From the NCBI GenBank assembly GCA_964481345.1, contig CAYZTC010000001.1, forward strand, positions 142,188-206,187: a stretch of 64,000 bases of DNA. Direction: 5' to 3'. The DNA comes from an uncultured Candidatus Saccharibacteria bacterium. Its GTDB lineage: Bacteria > Patescibacteriota > Dojkabacteria > SC72 > JAFGCJ01. This document shows, in pieces, positions 29,208-38,406 of the stretch; position 1 is the first letter of the stretch, and every line of letters starts with the position of its first letter. Both the position numbers and the translations under genes were made by a program. Under the pieces are notes generated by a model, which was not told the DNA's origin, did no database searches, and saw nothing but the letters and a program-made list of their open reading frames with translations.

Positions 29208-29237
29208 GGAGCACATGTGAGGCAGAGTGCCCCTCAG
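29204..29237. terminator. hairpin between convergent genes
   Basis: CTGAGGAGCAC...GTGCCCCTCAG. Confidence 0.55.
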
Positions 29238-29246
29238 AAAGAACTC

Positions 29247-29675
29247 TTATAGATGAATAGAAACGTAATATCGCTGTTGCCAGAGGTAAAAGATTTCCTC
29301 AAAATCTAAAATATGTTTCTCTGGGAAGAAAAGTTCCCAGTTTTTCTGAGTGGATAATCCGATGATATACATCGGTAGTTTGGGTAATGTTTTTCCGTCA
29401 GAAAAAGAGATAATCTTTTGATTGTATCTAACAACAATTAAATATCTTGGGCCATCTCTAGAGGGTAGAAATTTGTCCCTTCTTGTTTCGGACCCTCTCA
29501 TTATGATCTCCAACTCCTTGTATGGATCTTCTGAAACCCAGACATTTCCAGTATGGAGAGGAGAAACGTGAGATTTTTCAGCTTCTGATAACAATGCCAA
29601 TCCTAGACCTTTTAGTATAGCCTTATACTTCCAGTTTAATCTCGCGGTTTCTAAAAATGCAATTATTTCCGCCAT
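29247..29675 (-). CDS. orphan protein, 142 aa
   Basis: GAAAGGAG SD; TTGCCA-18-TATAAT promoter at 29742-29713. Confidence 0.65.
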   Translation of the reverse strand: MAEIIAFLETARLNWKYKAILKGLGLALLSEAEKSHVSPLHTGNVWVSEDPYKELEIIMRGSETRRDKFLPSRDGPRYLIVVRYNQKIISFSDGKTLPKLPMYIIGLSTQKNWELFFPEKHILDFEEIFYLWQQRYYVSIHL

Positions 29676-29770
29676 TTCTTCTTCTCCTTTCGTTTTTTAA
29701 GAGCTTTAGAGGATTATATGTTTTCTATGGGGTACTTGGCAATATCATTGTTGTAATACTGATATAATCT

Positions 29771-30364
29771 TTGAGTATGAAAATTGCAGTTGATTTAGAT
29801 GATGTGTTAATCCAGTTTAATAAAGGGTTTCTAGATTATCATAATAAGAAGTACAATACCTCTTTCGATATGGTTTCGGATCGTCCTTTTAGATACGATG
29901 AGTTTCTTGGGATATCTGTAGAAGAGGTTGTAGTAAGAGTTGTAGATTTTTATAAATCATCAGAATTTATGAAGTTGAAGCCTATGGATTTTTCACAGGA
30001 ATCGGTTAACAAACTTGTTAAAAATAACAAACTAATAATACTTACTTCTAGACCTCCGGACATGAGAGGACTTACAGAAGTTTGGACAAAGAAATACTTT
30101 GGGAATGTTTTTGAAGAAATTATTTTAACGGGACAATTTGATCTGTCCGCTAATAAGAAAGAGATTACCAAATCTGCAGTCTGTGAAGAAAAAGATGTTA
30201 GTCTATTTATCGATGATGCAGTTCATTATATTGAAGAGGTATCCAGGATTGGGGTCAAGTGCTTGCTTTTTGATAGGCCATGGAATAAAAGTTATGATCC
30301 TCCTAAAAATGTAAAAAGAGTGATGAACTGGAAGGAAATTGTGGATGCTGTAAGTGGATTTTAA
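29771..30364 (+). CDS. HAD 5'(3')-deoxyribonucleotidase (NT5C family)
   Basis: IAVDLDDVL, LTSRP, FIDD, FDRPWN, RVMNWKEI. Confidence 0.9.
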   Translation: MSMKIAVDLDDVLIQFNKGFLDYHNKKYNTSFDMVSDRPFRYDEFLGISVEEVVVRVVDFYKSSEFMKLKPMDFSQESVNKLVKNNKLIILTSRPPDMRGLTEVWTKKYFGNVFEEIILTGQFDLSANKKEITKSAVCEEKDVSLFIDDAVHYIEEVSRIGVKCLLFDRPWNKSYDPPKNVKRVMNWKEIVDAVSGF

Positions 30365-30425
30365 GTTGGACTTTCTTTTCCCTTCCCTATATATTTAGTA
30401 AAGATAAATTAATCTGTCTCTATCA

Positions 30426-31313
30426 ATGGTAACAGAAACACCTTCAAGTGCCCCTATCCCTAATCCACCAGCTCAGCAGCCTGCTCAACCAGCTCCACAG
30501 CAAGCTCAAGCTTCAAGTGAAGTTAAGGAGGTTCCAAAGCCAGCAGGAGAAAAGAAAAAGATGAAAGAAATTTACATTCTCGTTATTATGCTGGCAATTA
30601 TTGCGCTTGGACTTGTAGGGTATATCGTCTATTCTGAAATATTTTTAAGCGAAGAGCAGGAGGCTACTGAAGAAGAGGGAGAGGTGCCAGTGGAGGAAGA
30701 AGCGACGGACGTTGAAGTTGAGGATGTCGATGAGGGGGTGAGTGATACGGAAACATTTACAGGAGACTATCTTACAGCAGAAATTCCAGTTGGATGGGAT
30801 ATTATTGAGTACGAGGATGGTGATGGAACAGATATGGTCGCAAGTGGTGTCGATTTTGTGGGGTTGACTGCATTTGAGGTTTTAAACTATGGAGGTGAGA
30901 TAGTATTTAGAATGTATGCAGTATATGGCATCGGTGGTATTGATGCATGTGATGAGTATGTTCAGTTTGAGGATTTTAATGAGGATGATTATGACGATAT
31001 CGTTGAGTCATCGGCATTTGTTGATACCGTAACTGAGCTAGTTGACTACACAGATGTTGAATATACAGAGTTTACATTTCTTGGTTTAAGGGTTCGAAGG
31101 GTGGAAAAAGAGTTATTTTGGGATACGATTGAGGGAGAGACGTATTTTGAACCTGCATGTAACATATCTTATGCTGTATGGAATCTGGAAGGCCTTGTCT
31201 TTAGTGATGGTGATATGGATTCAAGTGCGTATATGTGGGAAGTGTCAGATACTGCTACAGAGGAGGAATTGCTGAAGCTTGATGAGATTCTGGATTCAAC
31301 GGACCCAGCGTAG
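30426..31313 (+). CDS. acidic membrane-anchored surface protein
   Basis: Pro/Gln-rich N-terminus, single TM, D/E-rich ectodomain with one Cys pair. Confidence 0.75.
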   Translation: MVTETPSSAPIPNPPAQQPAQPAPQQAQASSEVKEVPKPAGEKKKMKEIYILVIMLAIIALGLVGYIVYSEIFLSEEQEATEEEGEVPVEEEATDVEVEDVDEGVSDTETFTGDYLTAEIPVGWDIIEYEDGDGTDMVASGVDFVGLTAFEVLNYGGEIVFRMYAVYGIGGIDACDEYVQFEDFNEDDYDDIVESSAFVDTVTELVDYTDVEYTEFTFLGLRVRRVEKELFWDTIEGETYFEPACNISYAVWNLEGLVFSDGDMDSSAYMWEVSDTATEEELLKLDEILDSTDPA

Positions 31314-31324
31314 ATACAATTGAT

Positions 31325-32473
31325 CTATACAAAGAGCCTGAGAATACTTTGGGGTTTTGCATGTTTGTCGTATAAGTATTGTATTACTGCCTTGATAGGA
31401 AAGTATTCCAGATGAAGAATTGGAAGAAGATCCTCGAGTAAATCTGAGTTTGCCTCGTTATCGATATAAGTAACCTTTGGTTTTGGTAAGGCATGTAACC
31501 GTCTATTATCTAGTAATATATAGAACAGTGATGACTTTATATTGTCACCGTTCTCGTCTTTCTGGATATATGTGTATAATTCTTTTGGCTTAATCTTGCT
31601 TAGCTGAGACATTATCGAAACCGCATCTTTGGACACTAACGTTTTGTTTTTAAGTACCCCTAGCGCTTGTTCCGGATCGTTCACTGATTTTTCAATTGCC
31701 GTATAAGGTAAGATATATTTTTCGATTTCATATAGGTTATTTAAGGTAGCATTGGAATATTCTTGGACCATGGGATATCTTTCATCTTTTATGCAAAATC
31801 TTAATCCTGGAGATCCACTAAGAATTAAATGTTTGTCTCCGTCGCTGTGTCCCAAGGAAATAACTCTTTCAAACTGACCTTTTTCAATTAAACGTAAAAC
31901 CCCCCATCCCTTTTCTTTATCTCCTATTGTCAACCCTGGTCTCTCTATGGAGTTATTTTCATCGAATTTTACCTTGCTTGCTAGGACATTTATGTAATTC
32001 AAGCAGTTTCTATGTAGTGACATATTGATCAAATCATATATTCCACTACTAACCAGGACAGAAAAGATATTTGAGTTTTTAAGATATCGGTTTGAAATTT
32101 GTATGAAATCATTTGAAAGTGGTACCTGATCAGCAGCGTAAGACATCATTAGCAAGTACTGCATATTATTTGTCCCGAGATAGTTATCCCAGAGCATAAT
32201 AGTACTTTCAAGTGAAGAGTCTGGGACTTTGGGGTGATCTCTTCCAGTAATTGTTGAAACACCGTTAGATAATGTGCGCGAAAGGTGCCCCTGGGTAATA
32301 CACTCGTCCACATCGCTAACAAATAATGTATCTTGGTGAGGTTTTTTGTTTGATAATATTTGGTCTATCTCTGCATCTAAAAGTTGAGGATTTTCTTGGA
32401 TAATGATATCAATGATCTCTGGGGTAATGTTTGGCTTTTGAGTTTGTGGATCATTTTCTGACAAGTCTTTCAT
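31325..32473 (-). CDS. HAD-superfamily hydrolase-like protein with C-terminal extension
   Basis: SDVDECIT (motif I), LVSSG (II), K (III), GHSDGD (IV). Confidence 0.65.
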   Translation of the reverse strand: MKDLSENDPQTQKPNITPEIIDIIIQENPQLLDAEIDQILSNKKPHQDTLFVSDVDECITQGHLSRTLSNGVSTITGRDHPKVPDSSLESTIMLWDNYLGTNNMQYLLMMSYAADQVPLSNDFIQISNRYLKNSNIFSVLVSSGIYDLINMSLHRNCLNYINVLASKVKFDENNSIERPGLTIGDKEKGWGVLRLIEKGQFERVISLGHSDGDKHLILSGSPGLRFCIKDERYPMVQEYSNATLNNLYEIEKYILPYTAIEKSVNDPEQALGVLKNKTLVSKDAVSIMSQLSKIKPKELYTYIQKDENGDNIKSSLFYILLDNRRLHALPKPKVTYIDNEANSDLLEDLLPILHLEYFPIKAVIQYLYDKHAKPQSILRLFV

Positions 32474-32566
32474 TATGGAGAATGATACTATAGGGCTGGG
32501 ATAAGTTCAAGCTGGAATATTGGTTTGTTCTGTTCCAGAAGACTTTAGTGGAAAAGTAGTACAGGC

Positions 32567-32628
32567 AGCAAAAAAGGGCAATTCCAACAGATGTTCATGT
32601 TGTGAACCGCCCTTTTTCTCTTTTGCTC
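32567..32628 (-). terminator. unit A1 trailer: anti-leader sequence plus large-loop terminator
   Basis: Minus: GAGCAAAAGAGAAAAAGGGC-GGTTCACAACATGAAC...GCCCTTTTTT. Confidence 0.75.
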
Positions 32629-32634
32629 ATTTCT

Positions 32635-33144
32635 TTACTCGTCTAACCAACGTTGAACAACTTTCCTTGTCTCTAAAACAAGTGCTTCAACGTTTTGTCC
32701 ATCAAGGACCTTCAATACCGTGATGCTTACGGAAAGTTTCGTAGAAACTTTCCAATGTTCAGTCGTGAAAACATAGTATCTCGGATTGTCGTCATGTATG
32801 ATAATTTTTGAAAACATGATTGGCTTTCCAATATACTCTAACGTTGGGTCGTTGTCCGAGAGACGTGGGTCACTATATCTGTGTCGGGGTTGTATAGGTA
32901 TTTCAGTTAACCCATGCGATAAACCTGCTTCGCGAATACCTTTGTCTTCAACCACATATATTCTGTCGACCATCCTCGTTCCGTTAATGAGTTCCCTCAC
33001 GGTTGGAATTCGTAAGAGCCAGTCAATCTGTAAGGTCTCAACAGAAATTGTCGAAACCTTCTTGTAGTAATGTTCATCTCCCAGAGCTAGTAAGCCCAAG
33101 AACACGAAATCATCTACATAACCTAACCATTTTTTCTTTCTCAT
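32635..33144 (-). CDS. orphan protein (unit A1), paralog of 38501-38983
   Basis: Start reassigned to the ATG after GGAGG (MRKKKWLG); motifs shared with the 38501 ORF. Confidence 0.7.
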   Translation of the reverse strand: MRKKKWLGYVDDFVFLGLLALGDEHYYKKVSTISVETLQIDWLLRIPTVRELINGTRMVDRIYVVEDKGIREAGLSHGLTEIPIQPRHRYSDPRLSDNDPTLEYIGKPIMFSKIIIHDDNPRYYVFTTEHWKVSTKLSVSITVLKVLDGQNVEALVLETRKVVQRWLDE

Positions 33145-33344
33145 CGGAACCTCCGATATGAGTGTTATCCTTGGATTTTCCACGTCACCGACGGGAAGGA
33201 GTAACACTACCTTCCTATGTTCCAAAAACACAAAAAGGTAATGTCACTTACAAGGATTTTTGTATAAGAGCAAAAGAGAAATTGATGTAATTGGGGCAGC
33301 CATCAATCTGGGGTGATTGTACTATGGGATGGATATTTATTCAA
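33145..33344 (-). ncRNA. unit A1 promoter and structured 5' leader
   Basis: TTGAAT-17-TACAAT; hairpin ATTGATG/CATCAAT; TGCTCTTATACAA; multi-stem domain shared with 39008-39103. Confidence 0.7.
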
Positions 33345-33579
33345 TATGTAAGATGCGTATCTTTTTATCTCTCTTCCAACTTTTTATCTGAGCTTCCCTT
33401 TTAAGAGCCTCTGACCTAGTATTGAATTTTTCTGTATAAACAAGTTTGAATGGGAGTTTTGAAGCAACGTATTTGGATCCTTTCTTTTGCTTGTGTTCGG
33501 ATAGTCTTCTTTTAAGATTTGTTGTAATACCGGTGTAAAGGGAGTTATCGTTGCATTTTAGTATATAAAGTGTGTACAT
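33337..33579 (-). CDS. GIY-YIG nuclease family protein (UPF0213)
   Basis: YILKCNDNSLYTGIT..L.RRL.EH, ALKREAQIK. Confidence 0.92.
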   Translation of the reverse strand: MYTLYILKCNDNSLYTGITTNLKRRLSEHKQKKGSKYVASKLPFKLVYTEKFNTRSEALKREAQIKSWKRDKKIRILHIE

Positions 33580-33773
33580 ACTGTGATTATAGAATCAGAG
33601 GGTGTGAACACAAGGGTTTCTGGTTTTCCTTCCTTTGGCCCTTCGACCAGACTCATCGCAGGTGAGTTCAGTATAGAAAAAATCAACACCGATATAACGG
33701 TATTTTAGAATAATTGTTGAAAAGCTGATTCAAAATGTGAAATAATGGTTGGTAATCTCATCAACCATTTTAG

Positions 33774-35114
33774 ATGTCTAAATATGATGTAATTGTTGTT
33801 GGTGCGGGACCTGCTGGAATATTTTCCTGTATTGAACTTATCAAGTTATCCTCCAAGAAGAATATTCTCCTTTTGGAGCTTGGGGATGGGATAGAAAAGA
33901 GGAAAGAATCTGACGTTATGACAGGTTTTGGTGGGGCTGGCACATTTTCTGATGGTAAGCTTCACTACACTCCCAAACTCTCTCATGAAAGAGCTCTGCA
34001 TCTGTTAGATATTGAAAAATATCAGGAAATACTGGATCAGGTTGATAAGACATTTAAGAAGTTTGGAGTTGAGGCGAAGTATTATCCTAAAAACGTTAAA
34101 GAGGTAGAAGCTCTTGTAGAAGATGCAATTCTTCATGACATCGATCTTGTAGTCAGGAAAACTCAGCATGTGGGTACAGACAAATTAATGCCGGTAATGA
34201 AGAAGATGCAGAAGTATTTAGAGACGTCAGGAGTCAAACTGAAGACCCATGTCAATGTGAAAGATATTATTAGAAATAGAGGGAAAGCCATTGGTGTAAA
34301 AGATAGCAATGGGAAAGAATATTTCTCAGAAAAAGTATTACTTTGTCCAGGCAGATATGGAGCAAAGTGGCTACAAAAGCTTGGAGATAAGCAAGGAATA
34401 GAATATAGGTATGAGAAGGTAGAAGTTGGTGTAAGAGTAGAGTTTCCAGCAGTAGTGATGAAAAAGTATGCTGATGCTCTATATGAAGTTGTGTTTCAGA
34501 TGCGAACACCTACATTTGATGATTTAGTAAGAACCTTCTGTTCCTGTCCGAATGGGTATGTGTCTGTGGAGAACTATGGAGGATATATATGTGTGAACGG
34601 ATGCTCGAATTCTGACCATAAGTCGAAGAATTCAAACTTTGCCCTTCTTTGTAAAGTTGGCTTGACGGAGCCAGTGGAAAACACGATTGAATATGCAAAA
34701 TCTATTGCGGAAGTTGCATCTACAATTGGTGGTGGAAAACCAATTATTCAAAGACTTGCAGATCTTCGAGCTGGAAGAAGAAGTACCTGGTCAAGTATTC
34801 TCAAATCTCTGGTATCTCCAAGTTTAAGGGAAGTTACTCCCGGTGATATTACAATGGCACTTCCGTATCGTATAGTTACTGGAATTATTGAGGGTCTAGA
34901 AAGGCTTGATGAGGTAATGCCTGGTTTAAATTCTGGATCTACCCTACTCTATGCACCAGAGGTTAAGCTTCGATCATCTAAAGTGAAGGTCACTTCAGAT
35001 ATGCAAACTACAGTAAGAAATCTCTTCGTTGCAGGTGATGCGTCTGGTGTGTCTGGATCAGTCACTGGTGCTGCTGTTACCGGAATTATGGCAGCAAGAG
35101 GTATTTCAAAATAA
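33774..35114 (+). CDS. FAD-dependent oxidoreductase (COG2509-like)
   Basis: VVGAGPAG, GFGGAGTFSDGKL, VGVRVE, RTFCSCPNG, LYAPEVK, VAGD. Confidence 0.9.
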   Translation: MSKYDVIVVGAGPAGIFSCIELIKLSSKKNILLLELGDGIEKRKESDVMTGFGGAGTFSDGKLHYTPKLSHERALHLLDIEKYQEILDQVDKTFKKFGVEAKYYPKNVKEVEALVEDAILHDIDLVVRKTQHVGTDKLMPVMKKMQKYLETSGVKLKTHVNVKDIIRNRGKAIGVKDSNGKEYFSEKVLLCPGRYGAKWLQKLGDKQGIEYRYEKVEVGVRVEFPAVVMKKYADALYEVVFQMRTPTFDDLVRTFCSCPNGYVSVENYGGYICVNGCSNSDHKSKNSNFALLCKVGLTEPVENTIEYAKSIAEVASTIGGGKPIIQRLADLRAGRRSTWSSILKSLVSPSLREVTPGDITMALPYRIVTGIIEGLERLDEVMPGLNSGSTLLYAPEVKLRSSKVKVTSDMQTTVRNLFVAGDASGVSGSVTGAAVTGIMAARGISK

Positions 35115-35130
35115 TTTATTTATTAATAAA

Positions 35131-36303
35131 ATGAGAACTGTGGGTACTATTGTGCGTGGCATTCGAACTCCTATTATTAGACATGGTGATGATTTGGAGC
35201 AAATAGTCATGGATTCGATAGAAAGGGCTGCTAAAAATGAAAATTTTAAGTTAAATGATAGGGATGTTATAGGTATTACAGAAGCGGTTGTAAGCATTAC
35301 ACAGGGTAATTTTGTTACGCTAGACCAATTGTCAAAAGAGTTTAAAAAGGTCTTTCCTTCAAAAGTAGGGGTAGTGTTTCCGATATTAAGCAGGAATAGA
35401 TTTTCACTCATACTTAAGGCTCTGGCAGATGTGTCGAAAGAGGTTCATGTATTATTAAGTTATCCTTCTGATGAAGTTGGTAATCAGCTAGTTAACTCGG
35501 AAGTTATGGATGCAAAAGGAGTGGACCCCTTCAAGGATTCGTTTGAAGAGCGTGAGTTTAGGGAAATATTTGGAGATAAGTTGGCTCATCGGTTTACAGG
35601 TGTAGACTATATTGAGGCGTATAAAAAGTTGGGAGATGGAAATGTAACGATACATTTTTCAAATGATCCGACATCAATACTTAAGTATACGAAAAATGTG
35701 CTCGTTTCAGATATTCACACAAGGTTTAAAACGAAAAAGATTATAAAAAAGGCGGGAGGTAAGCTAATTATTGGCTTGGATGAGATCTGTAATAAGAAAA
35801 TTAGGAAGCATGGATATAACATTGAGTATGGTTTGCTAGGATCGAATAAGGTTGCAGAGGATAGATTGAAACTTTTTCCTAGAGATTGTGATATTTTTGT
35901 TGATAAAATAAAAGATAGAATTAAGAAACGGTATAAGAAAGAGGTAGAGGTTTTAGTTTATGGTGATGGTGCATTCAAAGATCCTGTTGGAAAAATCTGG
36001 GAGCTTGCAGATCCAGTGGTGTGCCCAGGGTTCACCGAGAAACTTATTGGAACGCCCAAGGAGTTGAAATTAAAGTACATTTCTGAGAACTGGGACTCAC
36101 AGGGTGATCTTGGTGATTATGTGAAGAGTATGATTAGAATGAAAAATACTAAGGATTATGATGTAGAAAAATCTTTAGGTACTACACCAAGACAGCTAAC
36201 AGATCTGCTCGGAAGCTTATGTGATTTAACAAGTGGAAGTGGGGATAAGGGAACGCCCGTTGTGTTGGTACAAGGGTACTTTGATGACTACACTGTAGAG
36301 TAG
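35131..36303 (+). CDS. coenzyme F420-0:gamma-glutamyl ligase-like (CofE family) protein
   Basis: RGIRTPII..GDDL, YGDGAFKDP, LGTTPR, DLTSGSGDKGTPVVLVQGYFD. Confidence 0.8.
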   Translation: MRTVGTIVRGIRTPIIRHGDDLEQIVMDSIERAAKNENFKLNDRDVIGITEAVVSITQGNFVTLDQLSKEFKKVFPSKVGVVFPILSRNRFSLILKALADVSKEVHVLLSYPSDEVGNQLVNSEVMDAKGVDPFKDSFEEREFREIFGDKLAHRFTGVDYIEAYKKLGDGNVTIHFSNDPTSILKYTKNVLVSDIHTRFKTKKIIKKAGGKLIIGLDEICNKKIRKHGYNIEYGLLGSNKVAEDRLKLFPRDCDIFVDKIKDRIKKRYKKEVEVLVYGDGAFKDPVGKIWELADPVVCPGFTEKLIGTPKELKLKYISENWDSQGDLGDYVKSMIRMKNTKDYDVEKSLGTTPRQLTDLLGSLCDLTSGSGDKGTPVVLVQGYFDDYTVE

Positions 36304-36346
36304 TAGGTGGAGTTGAAGTGCTTGTACTGAGCTTGCCGAAGTGAAG

Positions 36347-36372
36347 AGAGGCAATGGGACTGGTTAGAACTT
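36347..36372 (+). repeat. 26-nt dispersed repeat, copy 1
   Basis: AGAGGCAATGGGACTGGTTAGAACTT. Confidence 0.75.
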
Positions 36373-36382
36373 TGAGACTGTC

Positions 36383-37456
36383 CTATTTATTATCTGAAGT
36401 GGTGTCAAAAAGTAGTCGATTAAATAGTACTGTTACGAAAGAGGCATTAAAAAATATTCCCAACATAGCGGCAAATTGATACAAGATACTGTAGAAAGAC
36501 GGCAATTTATCTAGCTTTTCTATATTATTTCCAAGTGTTAGCATGGCTCCGGAAGTAACAAGTATAGACGCACACAAATCCTTTAACCCTGTGAAAAATA
36601 TCAAAGATAAAATTAATAATGCAATTAGATACATTCCGAGAACCCTGAAGGGTTTTTGTCCATATCCTGTTAGGCAATTGAAAACCAAAACTCTGAATAA
36701 TTTCTCGCTAAAATTATTTATGTTATATTTGGTGAAGTTATTGTTCTCTTCTATTAGGTATTGTCTGGCTTTATCTGTTACCTCTCCTGCTAGATACGAT
36801 TTCTTCAAACCCTTATAAAATAAGTATCTTTCTTTGTTTTCGGTGCCATCTCCATATCGACCTTCGAGCTTTATGTCTTTAAAAATAGTGTTTGCGTTAA
36901 AAGTACAGTTATTGAAAGAATGAGGATAGAATGAGCAATTTTCGAAAACTACATTGAAAAAATATGATTTTGTGAATTGACTAAATTGAGTGAAATCGCA
37001 ATTGATAAATTTTACGTTTCTAAACGTTGAGTAACTTGAATTGAAGAAATGAAAGTCACATTTTTTAAAGGTGGTTTGAGCAGTGTAAATATTGTCTGCC
37101 GAACAAGAGAGAAATGTGGCGCCATTAAACGTCGAAAATTCAAATTTGGCATAGTCGAATCTTATACCTTTGAAATTATCATCTTCGGGGAAATCGAGAT
37201 GTTCTCTTAACAAATATATCCCCTTTAAATCTCTTGGGGAGTCGAGTATGGGGAGATTTCCTTGGGCGTATTCGTTCGAGAGAAAGTTCTCCCCTGCACC
37301 TCCTTTAATCAGTTTGAAAATTCTCTTTTTTTGCTTTATGTTTTCTGCAGCATGCCAACGAGTTTGCCATCTTATGACGTCAGCCTCTTCATCTTTTTTT
37401 CTGGGTACTATTATTGTCACGGTCAGATAATAACAGAAGCAATACCCTATTGTCAT
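36383..37456 (-). CDS. pentapeptide-repeat protein with C-terminal ion-channel-like TM-pore-TM region
   Basis: Phe-periodic pentapeptides (FDYAKFEFSTFNGATF...), TGYGQKPFRV, MLTLG between TMs. Confidence 0.75.
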   Translation of the reverse strand: MTIGYCFCYYLTVTIIVPRKKDEEADVIRWQTRWHAAENIKQKKRIFKLIKGGAGENFLSNEYAQGNLPILDSPRDLKGIYLLREHLDFPEDDNFKGIRFDYAKFEFSTFNGATFLSCSADNIYTAQTTFKKCDFHFFNSSYSTFRNVKFINCDFTQFSQFTKSYFFNVVFENCSFYPHSFNNCTFNANTIFKDIKLEGRYGDGTENKERYLFYKGLKKSYLAGEVTDKARQYLIEENNNFTKYNINNFSEKLFRVLVFNCLTGYGQKPFRVLGMYLIALLILSLIFFTGLKDLCASILVTSGAMLTLGNNIEKLDKLPSFYSILYQFAAMLGIFFNASFVTVLFNRLLFDTTSDNK

Positions 37457-37605
37457 AATTATGATTTATATCAGAAGAGAAAATTCTTCAATTTTATATT
37501 TGAACGAAATTTGGAGTATGACAAAAACAAGGGATATCGAACCCATGAATATTCTGTTCCAATAAGACTTTTCGATGAAATAGATAACACAGACTCTCAT
37601 CTGGT

Positions 37606-37631
37606 AGAGGCAATGGGACGGGTTGGAACTT
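37606..37631 (+). repeat. 26-nt dispersed repeat, copy 2
   Basis: AGAGGCAATGGGACGGGTTGGAACTT. Confidence 0.75.
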
Positions 37632-37640
37632 GAGGTTTAG

Positions 37641-37697
37641 GCAACAAAAAAGCGGCTTGTTCGTTTTTACGGAACTCGCCGCGATTTTGCTTTTGCT
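37641..37697 (-). terminator. unit A2 trailer: anti-leader sequence plus large-loop terminator
   Basis: Minus: AGCAAAAGCAAAAT-C-GCGGC-GAGTTC...GAAC-AA-GCCGC-TTTTTT. Confidence 0.75.
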
Positions 37698-38070
37698 AAA
37701 TAATTTTGAGTCGAATATCTGTTACTGGATATCCGTAATATTCTCCTCTTATTTTTTCTCGGAACACAAAAGGTTGAATGTGTACTGGGGTCAGGAGTAT
37801 TTTTCTATTAGGGGAATGTTCAAAACAGACAATTCTCACAAAGGTGTCATCAGAAAGGAATCTTCTTATTGGTTTGTAGTATGTCCATTTACCGTTACGA
37901 TTCATGTGTCTGAAGGATACTACATTATCCAATCGTTCTAATCCTCTGTAGATTTCTACCAAAGACCCCTTCTTTAGTAAGAATTCGTTTTGTCCTTTTC
38001 TATGTTGACGACGGGCTATTTTTTTAGCTCGAGGTCTTAATAAGTAAGTCCACAACTCTTTAATATTCAT
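37696..38070 (-). CDS. orphan basic protein (unit A2), 124 aa
   Basis: Start reassigned to MNIKELW after GGAG; the upstream 50 track codons overlap the conserved leader. Confidence 0.65.
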   Translation of the reverse strand: MNIKELWTYLLRPRAKKIARRQHRKGQNEFLLKKGSLVEIYRGLERLDNVVSFRHMNRNGKWTYYKPIRRFLSDDTFVRIVCFEHSPNRKILLTPVHIQPFVFREKIRGEYYGYPVTDIRLKII

Positions 38071-38258
38071 TTTGCTTCTCCGTTTATTTTCTTTTTCAAA
38101 AGATGATAAGTTCAGTTCCCCCGTTCTATCCACGAGGTGTGAACAGGATGGGAGAACCAAATAAATGAGAATATTGTATAAGAGCAAAAGCAAAATTGAT
38201 GTAATCGGGGTAGCCATCAATGTAGATGGATTGTACTATGGGATAATAGAAATATCAA
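38071..38258 (-). ncRNA. unit A2 promoter and 5' leader
   Basis: TTGATA-17-TACAAT; same first hairpin and TGCTCTTATACAA; different second domain (GGTTCTCCC/GGGGGAACT stem). Confidence 0.65.
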
Positions 38259-38406
38259 GTTGGCAATATTGTTTGTGTTGTTGTATTGCCAATATGGAGC
38301 ATAGTAGATAAAGTCGGAAATTATTTCAGAATCAACAATTCCCCTATCCTACTAGTGTAAACTGATGTTTGTTGAAGTATGGAGTGTAGATAAGTGAAAA
38401 ATGAGG

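Noticed and set aside
33145-33231. N-terminal extensions of track ORFs 32635-33231 and 37696-38220
   Set aside because: They overlap the conserved leader; SD motifs and paralog alignment support starts at 33144 and 38070
38183-38192. AGCAAAAGCA matches the influenza segment terminus
   Set aside because: Short low-complexity coincidence; the other copies differ
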